DNA of 63,164 nucleotides, counting the filler, from Candidatus Fermentibacterota bacterium (GTDB lineage Bacteria > JAFGKV01): NCBI GenBank assembly GCA_016928395.1. It is 7 parts of 7 records of this genome, joined end to end, with 100 filler letters (N's around TTAATTAATTAA, not from the genome) between each part and the next. Parts side by side here need not be neighbours in the genome. Positions count along the whole stretch, not along the records: positions 11,988 to 18,286 come from JAFGKV010000142.1; positions 18,387 to 23,717 come from JAFGKV010000020.1; positions 23,818 to 42,440 come from JAFGKV010000145.1; 4 more parts are not named here. The stretch is one strand, 5' to 3'. The position numbers and the translations under genes were made by a program. Below, piece after piece: positions 18,124 to 28,700 of the stretch (its first letter is position 1; each line of letters starts with the position of its first letter). The notes under the pieces are model-generated. The model worked only from the letters and a program-made list of their open reading frames with translations. It was not told the origin of the DNA and searched no databases.

Positions 18124-18286
18124 GCTCCCCTTCGGACTTCTCCGGTAGCCTTCCGTCCGTTTCGCCGCAAGAGCTTGACGAACTCCACGGCGAGCTGCTG
18201 GCCGGGCTGGAAAACCTGAGCCCCAAGGCCGCAGCCATCCGCCTCATGGCCTATCTCCGAGGCCTGCCCCCTGTCACGACACACCC
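18120..18286 (+). CDS. N-terminal fragment of a tandem paralogue of 15799-18123, truncated by contig end
   Basis: GTGA overlap with the upstream stop. LDELHGELLAGL...AAAIRLMAYLRGLPPVTTH parallels IDSRHEELLAGL...PAALKLIAHLADLPDLVTY. Confidence 0.65.
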
Positions 18287-18386
18287 NNNNNNNNNNNNNN
18301 NNNNNNNNNNNNNNNNNNNNNNNNNNNNNNTTAATTAATTAANNNNNNNNNNNNNNNNNNNNNNNNNNNNNNNNNNNNNNNNNNNN
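18287..18386. other. Artificial contig linker
   Basis: N44-TTAATTAATTAA-N44. Confidence 0.98.
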
Positions 18387-18502
18387 GCTATCGGCTGTCA
18401 GCTATCGGCTGTCAGCTATCGGCTGTCAGCTATCGGCTTTCAGACCCGCCCAGCGCTACGAGAAACCGTTGCCGTCGTAGGGGCGACCGCCCCTGGTCGC
18501 CA
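18387..18502 (+). repeat. 14-bp tandem repeat (4 units) plus GTAG REP
   Basis: GCTATCGGCTGTCA x3 and GCTATCGGCTTTCA (18387-18442). GTAGGGGCGACCGCCCCTGGTCGCC starts at 18477. Confidence 0.85.
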
Positions 18503-18566
18503 GCCGGTGCGGGTTCTGCCACTAGCACTGACTCCGGCGCCGAAAGACCCGGTCATCATCGGCTTC

Positions 18567-19529
18567 TCAGCCAAAGGAGCCGGGTTGCGCGTGGTCCGCC
18601 GGGGCGCGATCCCCAGGCTTGGGGCTCTCCTCGCTAGCGGTGGCCAGACGAGGCCGCAGCCGTATGCCCAGGCGCCCCGCGAGCAGAGCGCCGATGAGCC
18701 CGGGGAGAAGCAGATTGATGAGGAACAGCTCGAATGATGCCTGTACCGCAATGCCCGCTTCGATGCCGTAGCGCGCCAAGGCCAAAGCCGCGGTGGCCTC
18801 GCGAAGCCCGAAACCGGAGATGGTAATGGGGCAGGCTACGGCCAAGAAAATCAGGGGAAGACTTCGGGCAGCCGCGGCAAAGGGTGCCGGACCATGGGCG
18901 GTCAGCAGAAAGTGAAACTGCACCAAATTGAACCCGTAGATGACTGCCGAGAGCACCGCGACCTTGGCCAAGGTGCGCCCATCCAGCCGCTCCAGGGCCT
19001 CGCCCAGAACACGTACTTTGCCGCCCTTGGCGGCCAGGAAAGCCCCGATTCGGGGTGCCGCATGGGCGGCGAAGCCAAACCCGGCGAGGACCGCCGTGCC
19101 TGCCCAGGGGCCGCCGACCTGGAATGCCACGAGGAGCACTGCGATTGCCAGATCTGCCAGGGGATCGGTCAAGGCCATGCCCGAGAGTACGAGGCGGTTT
19201 CCCGGAGGAAACAAAAGCGACGATGCGGCCTGACCCACCCGTCCCGGGGTGATCACGGCGCCGGCGGTGCCCACCAGCAGGCTCGATGCAGCCAGGGGCC
19301 ACCCGGTAGATGGTACGGCTCGTCTGGCCAGGAGCCTCCACCGAACGATCTTCGCCGCAAACCGGGGCACGCCCAGTGCCAGTGCAAGCCCCAGGAGAGC
19401 GGGGTCGGCATCTCGGGCCGCGTGCAGGATTCTGCCCGGCCCGACCTTTGCCACGATGGCGGCCACCAAGGCCAGCGACACCAGAATGCGAAGCAGCCGG
19501 ATGGTGGAGGAGGGTGCGCGAGCCATCAT
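18567..19529 (-). CDS. Lysylphosphatidylglycerol-synthase TM / flippase-like membrane protein (UPF0104)
   Basis: Multi-TM protein with K..RW, TPGRVG and PITISGFGLRE motifs. AGGAG RBS. Confidence 0.85.
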   Translation of the reverse strand: MMARAPSSTIRLLRILVSLALVAAIVAKVGPGRILHAARDADPALLGLALALGVPRFAAKIVRWRLLARRAVPSTGWPLAASSLLVGTAGAVITPGRVGQAASSLLFPPGNRLVLSGMALTDPLADLAIAVLLVAFQVGGPWAGTAVLAGFGFAAHAAPRIGAFLAAKGGKVRVLGEALERLDGRTLAKVAVLSAVIYGFNLVQFHFLLTAHGPAPFAAAARSLPLIFLAVACPITISGFGLREATAALALARYGIEAGIAVQASFELFLINLLLPGLIGALLAGRLGIRLRPRLATASEESPKPGDRAPADHAQPGSFG

Positions 19530-19701
19530 GTCTCCTGGGATTGCGGCAGGTGCCGCGAGGGTCGTATGCATCGTGGCAGACGCGCCAACTACAGCCTCAC
19601 CGGGATACTTGGCAAGGCACACCATGGTTCCTGCGGGTAGCGCGGATGCGCCTCTTGGGCTATCTTGCCTTTACAGGCGAAGGCGGAGAAAGGATGATGG
19701 T

Positions 19702-20952
19702 GTGGCGTATCGCTGTGCGCTCCCATGGCTGCTCGGGTGGCGGCGTTGGACTGCCGCCTTTGGGCTGTGTGCCTTGGTCCAGACAGGCCATGCATACGAA
19801 TCGGAACGGGTCGTGCTGGTAATCATCGACGGTCTCCGCTACTCAGAGGGTCTGGGGGATACGACCCATGCCAATGTGCCCGAGATGTGGGCGCTGGCAT
19901 CAGACGGAGCGATCATCGAGCCCTTTCTGAATGACGGGTACACGTATACCTCGCGGGCCATACCTGCCATCTGGTGCGGATCGTGGACCGAGGTCGACCA
20001 ATTCACCGATCCCGCGTGCGGCGGGCAGCAGAACAACTACTCCCGGGATCCCACGGTGTTTGAGTACTTCCGCAAAGGGCTGGAGCGCCCCCAGGAGGAA
20101 TGCATCTATGTCCTCAAGGATGTGGGCTGCCCATGGAAGGCGAGTTTCGACCCCGACTACGGGCCTGACTACTGGCCCATCTATCGCAGCCAGGGCTACA
20201 CCGACCTCCATGTCTGGCAGCAGGCACAGAGCATTCTGACCACCGAGGCTCCCGAGTTCATGATGCTCTATCTGGCCGAAGTCGACGCCGCGGGCCATTC
20301 AGGGAACTGGGCCTACTATCTCAGCGCCATCGCCACAGCCGATCGCATCGTGGGCGAGCTGTGGGTCCTGTTGCAGGAGATCCCCGCCTATGCCGGGCGC
20401 ACGACCATGCTGGTGACCAATGATCACGGCAGGCATACCTATGATTGGACAGGGCATGGATGTTCCTGCGCCGGATGCCGGACGATCCAGCTTCTGGCCG
20501 TCGGCCCCGACATCGTGCCCAACATCGTGTCGAACCTGCCACGAACACTGCGGGATATCACTCCCACCATCGGCGAGCTGTTGGGGTTCGAGACACCCAG
20601 GGTCACGGGTGAACCCGTGCTGGAGATCCTGCAACCAGCGACCGAGACGTACTGGGAAGAGCCATTGGCAGTCGCCCCCGACCTTGGATTGGCTCCCGTG
20701 TTCTCCGGCGGACCTGGCCCGATTCGTTTTCGACTGGCCCTGCCCCGCGGGGGGCACGGGCGCGTGGCCGTCTACGGTGTGGGCGGGGCCGAGGTGGCGC
20801 GCCCCCTGGACCGGTGGATGCCGGCGGGTAGCCATGACCTGATCTGGGACGCGAAAGACCTTTGGGGAAGGTTACTAGCCCCGGGAGCCTACATCACGAC
20901 GCTCACCATGCCCTACGGGCGACGTGCGGCCGTGACCATTCGAATGCCGTGA
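19702..20952 (+). CDS. Secreted alkaline phosphatase-superfamily enzyme with C-terminal FlgD-Ig domain
   Basis: VVLVIIDGLR, EVDAAGH, TNDHGRH and DITPTI motifs. C-terminal VYGVGG.EV...WDAKD..G..LAPGAY. Start uncertain. Confidence 0.8.
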   Translation: MAYRCALPWLLGWRRWTAAFGLCALVQTGHAYESERVVLVIIDGLRYSEGLGDTTHANVPEMWALASDGAIIEPFLNDGYTYTSRAIPAIWCGSWTEVDQFTDPACGGQQNNYSRDPTVFEYFRKGLERPQEECIYVLKDVGCPWKASFDPDYGPDYWPIYRSQGYTDLHVWQQAQSILTTEAPEFMMLYLAEVDAAGHSGNWAYYLSAIATADRIVGELWVLLQEIPAYAGRTTMLVTNDHGRHTYDWTGHGCSCAGCRTIQLLAVGPDIVPNIVSNLPRTLRDITPTIGELLGFETPRVTGEPVLEILQPATETYWEEPLAVAPDLGLAPVFSGGPGPIRFRLALPRGGHGRVAVYGVGGAEVARPLDRWMPAGSHDLIWDAKDLWGRLLAPGAYITTLTMPYGRRAAVTIRMP

Positions 20953-21043
20953 GCCTCGAGCGCTCAGCGATGTCTACGTAACGCAGTTTTTCAGCCTGTC
21001 GACCAGGGGCTCGTCGGGCTCGGCGATCAGGCCACTCTATGCT

Positions 21044-22564
21044 TCAGGATTCGCCGGGCAGGTAGATCCACATGGGGCGGATGGGCCATCCTGTCCGAGG
21101 ACGGAAGGTCGTCGAATCCCTGAAGGCCGGCATCGCGCGGGGATAGTGTCGATTGACCTCATCCATGAAGAACCAGTCATCGCGGTCAAGAACAACCGCC
21201 GAAATCCGGCCGCTGGAACGCAGATCACTGAACTGCGCTCGAAGGATCGGCCCCTGCCCTTTGGGGTCGCACCCGAGTACATCCGATACCGCCATGCGGT
21301 GCGCCCCGGTTGCCCCTGCCCGAGACGGCCAGAACCCGTGATACGGAACGAGAACCTCTCCCTCGATGCTGGCTAGCATCTCCAGCAGCCACTGCCCTTC
21401 GCGGCGGTCTCGAGTCGTGGGAATCTGGGCCCGGGGGTCGTATGTTAGCCTGGCGAACTGCCCGAGGCAGAGCACCGCGACCGCCATGCGGAGGTGGCGC
21501 CGGCTCGGGCGCTTCTCATTGCGGTCGCGGACCACACCCACTGTCAATCCCGCCAAGACGGCGAGGATCGCGTATGCCGGAATCAGCGTGTTATCATAGC
21601 CGCCGTACTGCATCCGGGGCAACCATGCGCCCGCCACCATGCCTGCAGCCATGCCCAGGTCGATCCATCCTGATCCGCCCCGGCCCACAATGGTTCTCAC
21701 CAGCCACGCCACGGCAAGGAGGGCTGCGAATCCGAAGTTCAGAAGGACATCCCGGGTCCAGAATGCAAGGATCTCGGGGCCGAGCACTCTCCCGGTGAAT
21801 CTCCTCGGGAGGTCGAAGACGTAGTAGCCATACCACCCTTGGGTCGCCAGATGCAGCGTCCCGTGACATGCCGACATCCCGACCACGGTCACGATGCCCA
21901 GGAACAGACCTCTCCGAAAATCCATGACTGCCACCGCGCAGATGAGCACAATGGCGACGGCGAATGCGGTTTGCTTCGTGAGGCTGGCCAGCACGAGCAG
22001 GAGTGCGGCGAGCGCGTCCATCCTGCGTGACGCGCCACACCGAACAAGGCTGAACGATCCCAGTGTCAGGGCCAGGAACAGGCAGTCGGCCCGTGCGATG
22101 TCGAACCACGCGCCACTGGTTCGATAGGTCGCCGCCCACAGGCCCATGGCCACCACCGCTGCGTACAGGCTTCGCGTCTCGCGCCGCACGATGTTCCCAA
22201 TGAGCGCAACGCAGGCAAGGGACGAGGCGAAGGCCACGATGCGGAGCGCCGGGTACCCCAATCCTACGACTCGCGCGACCACTGCCGCTGTCCAACAGAA
22301 CAAAGGCGGATAGGTAAATGGAACGAACGCTGGTGAGGGGGAGACATAGAGAGGCTGGCCGGCACGGATCCTGGCCACATGATCCACCATGCCGCCTTCC
22401 ATCCACTCCAGGTCGAACGGATACCCGAGACGACTCACGGTAATCACGAGATAGGAGCCCAAGGCGGCTAATGAAGCCACCACACAGGCAAGGGACAGAA
22501 TGTCTGCGATGAGGCGCGCCAACGCCGCCGGGGACGTACCGTGAGGCATGGGTGCGTCTTTCAC
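21044..22564 (-). CDS. GT-C fold membrane glycosyltransferase (PMT/ArnT-like)
   Basis: YPFDLEWMEG, YPPLF, WFDIARAD and TKQT motifs. Many TM helices. Confidence 0.8.
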   Translation of the reverse strand: MKDAPMPHGTSPAALARLIADILSLACVVASLAALGSYLVITVSRLGYPFDLEWMEGGMVDHVARIRAGQPLYVSPSPAFVPFTYPPLFCWTAAVVARVVGLGYPALRIVAFASSLACVALIGNIVRRETRSLYAAVVAMGLWAATYRTSGAWFDIARADCLFLALTLGSFSLVRCGASRRMDALAALLLVLASLTKQTAFAVAIVLICAVAVMDFRRGLFLGIVTVVGMSACHGTLHLATQGWYGYYVFDLPRRFTGRVLGPEILAFWTRDVLLNFGFAALLAVAWLVRTIVGRGGSGWIDLGMAAGMVAGAWLPRMQYGGYDNTLIPAYAILAVLAGLTVGVVRDRNEKRPSRRHLRMAVAVLCLGQFARLTYDPRAQIPTTRDRREGQWLLEMLASIEGEVLVPYHGFWPSRAGATGAHRMAVSDVLGCDPKGQGPILRAQFSDLRSSGRISAVVLDRDDWFFMDEVNRHYPRAMPAFRDSTTFRPRTGWPIRPMWIYLPGES

Positions 22565-23717
22565 GCCCCCGGAACTCCTGCAGGATAGACGAGCCTGTAC
22601 ACGTCGACGCCGGCATACCGCGGGCTAGAGAAGCTTCGCGCGAGTCGGTAAGCCTCCGGGAACCACGGCGCCTCCACCAGCTCGCGTTCATTGCCCCACA
22701 GCTCCCGATGCACGATGAGGTAGTCGGGCCTCTACCGGCGGAGCGCCCAGGTGCCGTCGCCCTGGGCCAAGGTATGGCGGGCGACGCCGGGAGTGACCAG
22801 ACCCCACAGGTCGATGATATGGCGCTGCGAGACATAGCCCACGGCGCCGACTTCGAAGGCAGCCACCGTGGCATCCTGTGAGGAGTCGGTTTTGATCCAC
22901 ATCGCGGCTTCCACATAGACAGGATGCCGCGGATACGGCAGCCATCGCCCGAACGCGGCCCCGCACTGGGCGAAGGACACCAGCGTCACCCCCCATGCTG
23001 CGGCCGCGGCCATGGCGCCCCAGGGCCTCTTTTGGCGGGCGAGGCCCACCAGGCCCAGGCCCGCGAGGATGACCACGAGGGGCGACACCACCGAGTAGTA
23101 CCAGATGTAGACATAGGGTACGTTGAGCACAGCGAAGGCTGCCAGATAGCTCCCGGCCCAGAGAGCCAGGGCGCCGGGCACCACGAGGCGGCGACGCAAT
23201 ACCCGCAGGAGTCCGATCACGGCCAAGGGGGCCATGACCGCGATCCAGCGTGACTGCCCCAGGAACCGCGCGGCATAGAAGGGTATGCCGTCGAGGAAGC
23301 GACCGTCCCACACCGCGGCCTGCATGCGTTTGACCGCCAGGGTCTGGGGCCAGGGTGTCCTATAGTAGAGTGTCGCGCACGAGGCCCATGTCCCTGCCAC
23401 TGCGCAGCATGCCAGGCCCGCCTGCACGGGAAGACGGCGATGCCGAAGGGCCCAGACGAGCAGGTACACGGCCGCTGCCACCGCCGCATCGCCTCGGCAC
23501 ACCACCGCAAGCCCCAGAAGGCATCCGGCAAGAACCTGATGCCGCGAGTCCAACAGGAGAAACGCGTTGAGAATCAGCGCGACATACAGGAAGGTCTCGG
23601 CGCCGTAGCCGCCGGTGATCAGGAGAGGATCAAAGACCGCCAGCGAGCCCACCGCCGACATGATCGTCGCCCGGGATCTCTCCCCCCCCCCCCCCCGCCC
23701 CCATCCCCCCCCCCCCC
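22561..23717 (-). CDS. GT-C-like membrane glycosyltransferase, 5'-truncated, with an in-frame TAG at 22732-22734
   Basis: G.ET, CRGD, WPQTL.VK and EVGAVGY..IIDLWGLV motifs. The frame continues 56 sense codons past the TAG (RPDYLIVH...) to a TGA at 22561-22563 that overlaps the next GTG start. Confidence 0.7.
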
Positions 23718-23817
23718 NNNNNNNNNNNNNNNNNNNNNNNNNNNNNNNNNNNNNNNNNNNNTTAATTAATTAANNNNNNNNNNNNNNNNNNNNNNNNNNN
23801 NNNNNNNNNNNNNNNNN
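23718..23817. other. Artificial contig linker
   Basis: N44-TTAATTAATTAA-N44. Confidence 0.98.
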
Positions 23818-24970
23818 AGTTCGCGGTCAGGCGGTGGCAACTTTCGGCGTCGCAGACGGAATCCGGGGGGAGGCGGCGTCTTCCTCCGGCCGAGGCGTCT
23901 ATGGCGTGAACACCGCAACGACGGGGCTGGCGTATGGCATCTATGGCCTAAGCAGCTCCACAGGAGGTGGTTCGGGCGTTGTCGGCAAGGCGCCCCAGTA
24001 TGGGGTGATCGGCGAGGCAGCGAGCACACTGGACTACAGTCTCGGTGTGTGGGGATTCGCATCGAATTCCGCCGGAAGAACATTCGGCGTGTGTGGAAGA
24101 AGCGCGTCGACCGAAGGAACAGGCGTCTGGGGCTGGGCGACCGCCTCGACCGGGAGTACCTGTGGTGTCAGGGGCGAGAGCGCATCCACGGACGGCACAG
24201 GTGTCTCCGGTGTGGCCTTTGCCACCGATGGCCAGACCTACGGGGGCTGGTTTCGGAGCGCATCACCGTCCGGAAGAGGCGTGTATGGCGAGGCACAGGA
24301 TGGGTTCGGTATCTACGGTCTAGGCACCGTAGGTGTAAGTGGCACCACTATCTACGCGGACGGCACGGGTGTTATGGGCGTGGCCGTGGAGACCACTGGC
24401 TCGTCTATTGGCGTGTTCGGGCAAACTAGCTCCCCCTCCGGTTACGGCGTCTACTCCTCGGGCAACTTCGCCGCGTCGGGCACGAAGAGCTGTGTCGTGA
24501 AGACATCGAAGGGGCCGGCGATGCTCTACTGCCAGGAGAGCCCCGAGAACTGGTTCGAGGACTTCGGGGAGGGGCAGCTTATGAACGGCCGCTGCCATGT
24601 CGAGCTCGATCCCCTGTTCTTGGAGACGGCGACTATCAATGGTGCCAACCCCATGAAGGTGTTCATCACGCCGGATGATCCGATGTGCGAGGGAGTCGCG
24701 GTGGTGCGTAGCACAACGGGGTTCGATGTCATCGAGCTGCATGGCGGTGAAGGCAGTTCCAGCTTTGCATACCGCGTCGTTGCCAAGCGAAAAGGGTACG
24801 AATCAAGGCGCCTCGACTACTGCCAGGCGGCAGAGAAAGACTCCTACTTGTTCCCCAAGCTACGGGATCAGGAAGCAGGAAAGGCGTTAGGCGTGAGGGG
24901 GCAGGCGGGTGGCCCTGCTTTCCAGGACACTGGCGGCGAACCCTCTTCGCCACTGGGAGGTGTACAATGA
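23818..24970 (+). CDS. Gly-rich repeat (fibre or beta-solenoid-like) surface protein, 5'-truncated
   Basis: Repeated GV.G.[AS] units, then a C-terminal domain GTKSCVV...LYCQESPENWFEDFGEGQL..G...VELDP.FLE...FAYRVVAKRKGYE. Confidence 0.75.
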
Positions 24971-25530
24971 GGGGCGTGCGTGCAGCGTTGACGGTGGCGC
25001 TGCTCTGCGGGGCAGCCACGGCCCAGACCTACGTCCTGAAGGAGTCGACCTTCGGGTCTGCGGGAGGCGCGATGTCGGGGACGACCTATGCCGTAACCGG
25101 GACCTTGGGGCAGCCGTCGCCGGTGGGCAGCTCCGCGGGCAGCAGCTACCAGACCTACCATGGGTTCTGGCACGCGGCGGGCTGGGCGCCGTTGGACGCC
25201 ATGGTACTTGCCATCACGCTAGTGAGTTCGACTACGGCCCGGCTGAGCTGGGATCCGGTGGCGTTGGCAACGGCGTATGACCTGTACCGGAGCACCAGCG
25301 CCTACTTCACGGCGAGTGGTTCACCGTGGCAGACCGTGAGCGCGCCAACGGTCCAGTACGACTTCACCGACGGGATCGGGAACTTCGCACTGACTCATTA
25401 CTTCAAGGGCAAGGCACGGAACGCGGCGCAGACCTCGCCGGAATCCAACACCGTGGGTGAGTTCGAGCGCAGCAGCACGAGTTCGGCCGCGAAGCCGGGA
25501 GGATTCTCGTTGAGTGCAGGAGAACGCTGA
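24967..25530 (+). CDS. Secreted protein with a GG..S..Y...GTLGQ...GFW domain and a C-terminal SNxVGEF domain
   Basis: GGAGG RBS, ATGA overlap with the upstream gene and a signal peptide. C-terminal domain is shared with 37218-38849 and 45027-47045. Confidence 0.8.
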   Translation: MRGVRAALTVALLCGAATAQTYVLKESTFGSAGGAMSGTTYAVTGTLGQPSPVGSSAGSSYQTYHGFWHAAGWAPLDAMVLAITLVSSTTARLSWDPVALATAYDLYRSTSAYFTASGSPWQTVSAPTVQYDFTDGIGNFALTHYFKGKARNAAQTSPESNTVGEFERSSTSSAAKPGGFSLSAGER

Positions 25531-25546
25531 AGGGATCTGACAAGAT

Positions 25547-25584
25547 CATATAGGACAAGTCCAACATAGGACGAGTCCTATATG
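25547..25584. repeat. 10-bp inverted repeat with an internal ATAGGAC direct repeat
   Basis: CATATAGGAC (25547-25556) / GTCCTATATG (25575-25584), between convergent genes. Confidence 0.55.
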
Positions 25585-25744
25585 GCCAGCGACCCCACTC
25601 CTTCGCGCCTAACGTCGCGCCTACCGCCCGAGGCGTCCTCCCTCACTATCCCATCGCTCCTGTACTCTCACCCACGTTCCGTACTCGGCGGAAGCCCTAT
25701 CCCGCGTTCCGGGTTCCGAGTTCGCAGGCGCGGGTCCGCCTCCC

Positions 25745-28700
25745 TCAGCTCCATCTCGGCTCGGCCAGCAGTCTCCTGGCAAACTGCTCCAGCGTCTGAG
25801 ACGCAGCCAGTCCCCTGACACCCTCAACAGTTTCGACCGCCAGGGTCTTTTCAAGCTTCGCGATGGCCTGCTCCATCGACTCACGGTCTTCCTGGTGAAA
25901 TGGTTGGTCCAGCCCCACCAGAAACGCCTCCAGCGCTCCCGCCATGTCTCCGAACCGATCCTTGAGCCGAGCAACCGCGCGTATGATCTCCACGATCTGC
26001 GGAACAGCTTTGGTCTCGTTGGCAAGGGCCAGCGCGTTTCGGTAGCATTGCTCAGCCTCACGGGACTCATCGAGTTCCATACAGTGATCGGCCCTGAACA
26101 TGAGCGCCATCGTCTGACCATGCCGGTCACCGATGGCCTCTGCCTCATCGTGGGCCTCTTCAAGAATGGCTTTCGCGCAGTCAGGCAGCCCGCGGGCGGC
26201 GAGAGACACCCCCAGATGCGCCAACGTGTTGGCAAGCCCGCGGCGGTCTCCCAATGCCCGTTTGATAGCGACACTCTCCTCGTATCTTCGCACGGCCCCC
26301 TCGTCGTTGCCACGCCGATGGGCCACGATACCCAGCGTGGCCAGCGCACGGGATTCACTCAAGCGGTCTCCGACCGCCCGCGCAAGCACCAGCGCCTCAT
26401 CTGCCAGTCGTCGGGTCTCGGAGAGGTCCCCACGCTGCAGTGCCATACCTGTGAGGTTCTGCAGGACCGTTGCCTTCCCCGGCTTATGATCGATCTGGGT
26501 GAAGATGGCGAGGGCTCGCTCGTAGTGCGTGACTGCTTCGTCGATGCGCCCGAAGCCATCGGCGATGACGCCGAGATTGGCGTGGCATGCACCTTGACCC
26601 TGGAGATTGCCGATATCCTCCCAGGTGACCAATGCGTGTGCGATCAGATCCTTGGCATCATCCGTATCGCCCAAGGCGATGGAGGCGATGCCGGCGGTAT
26701 TGGCCGCGGAGGCCGCGTCGATCCGCAGATCGAGTGCTTCGGCCATCGCCCTCGCTTCCTGTGCCGAATCGCGTGCCTCCTGATAACGGGCAAGCCGATA
26801 GATCAGTGCACTCCAGCATGTCAGCGCCACGGCGAGCGCCTTGAGGCCCCACTCATCTGTCTTCCACGCCTTCCGAAGCGCCTCAACAGTTCCACCGAAC
26901 GCCATCTCCCCCTCGCGAAACCTCGAACGGTGCTCGAAGAACCGGTGCATGCCTCGGAGATAGAAGAGCAGGAGTTCGCTCCGGGAAGCGGACAACGCAT
27001 GTTCCCAGCCCCCACGGATGTTGGCCATCTCTCGTTCTATCTCGTCGAAGACCGACGCTTCACTGGCGGCTGCCAGCCCATGCTCGTGCTTCTGCACGAA
27101 TGCCCCGTAGAACTCTGCGTGCAACTCCTCAGTCTCCGACCGTTCCCCCGGTAAGCGCGTCAGCTCCTCACGGGCGTACTGGTGCAGCAGCTCATGGACG
27201 GAGTATCGGTTGGATCGGTTCCGCGCTATCAGCGACTTGTCGACGAGACGTGAAATGGTCACCAGAGAGGCCCCGACCACTGCCCGCGCAGCCTCCAGGG
27301 TGAATCCTCCGCGGAAGACCGATAGGCGTCGATAGATGCTCTGTTCCGAGTGCCGCAGGAGATTCCAGGAATGGTCGAACACCGCGCGCATGCTCCGGTG
27401 GCGAGGCGGTGCCCCGGGAAGCCGGGCGGCAAGCTGATCGATGTCTTCGGAGAGGCGCCCGGCGATGGCTTCGCAGGGAACGTCATCGACGGATGCAGCC
27501 GCTAACTCGATGCCCAGGGGATTGCCGCCGACAAGCTGGCAGATGGTCGCGATGGATTCCCAGTCTGTTGGCTTAGGGATGAACCCCGCCGAGGCACGTC
27601 GCGCAACATGATGGAATAGCATGAGCGCGGGATGGTTCGCCGGATCGGGAGCATCGGTCGGGGCGGGGACGCCCAACCCGGCGATCTCCACCACGGTCTC
27701 CATCGGCAGACCTGTGCGTTCACGGCTGGTGACCAGGAACACCAGGCCAGAGCCTGCCGCCAGGAGCTCGTCGAGCAGGCCACGGCCGTCCAGGAGGTGC
27801 TCCATGTTGTCGAATACCAGGAGCATGCGTTTACCCTTGAGGAACGCAAGAAGTTGCTCCTTGGGGTCCACCGTCCCGCGGAACGTCGCGCCGACAGCCG
27901 ACGCAACTGCGGGAATCAGAAACGCGGAGGAGGGCACGGGGGCAAGAGGTACGAGATGTGCGCCGTCCTGGAAGAGACCGCGCGCCTCTTCGGCGGCCTC
28001 AATGGCGAGACGGGTCTTGCCGATTCCTCCGGGTCCCACCAGAGAGATGAGCCGATGTGCGCCGTCAGTCAGAAGGTGGAGCAGGTGTTCCTGCTCGCGT
28101 TCCCGACCGATGAACGGCGTCATCCACCCTCCCTGATTGACGCCTTCGGCAGACTGACCGGGGGAATTGATCCTGACAAGGATCTCCTCCAGGAGCTTGC
28201 TCACCATGCCGGCATCGCGCACCCGCTTCGAACGATCCCGATCGAGCATCCATGCGAGCAGCGAGACCAGCGAATCGGGCGCCTCAGGCTGGAATTCGCT
28301 GATCAGGGGAGCAGGCCGCTCTACCAGCCCAGGCAGATCTTCCTCCGTGGCCGGAGTACCGAAAGGGAGCGTGCCCGCCAGCATCTCGAAGACCATCAGG
28401 CCCAGTGACCACAGGTCGGACTCAGGGCCGAGGGATTCCCCCCGGAACCCCTCGGGACTCAAGTAGGCCAGTGTTCCGATCAGCCGTTCAGTCTGTTCTG
28501 AAGGGCTCACAGACGACAGCGCCGCGATGCCGAAATCCGACAGGCGGGGGGTTCCATCGGCAGCCATGAGCACGTTTGCCGGCTTCACATCGCGATGTAT
28601 GACGCCATGCTGGTGGGCGTGGTGCAGAGCGGAGGCCAGGTCAATGGACACCTCGATAGTCCATTGAAGCGAGAAGCGATGCTCTCGCGTCAGGAGATCG

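Noticed and set aside
22732-22734. Genome-wide TAG reassignment
   Set aside because: Several conserved genes end at TAG at their expected C-termini.
21594-22916. Long alternative-frame or antisense ORFs (e.g. 21594-22916, 25895-27154, 42563-43504, 43508-44554)
   Set aside because: Shadow ORFs typical of high-GC DNA, overlapping well-supported genes and lacking motifs.
23680-23717. Poly-C tract as a phase-variation or G-quadruplex site
   Set aside because: It sits at the extreme contig end and is most likely a low-quality homopolymer artefact.
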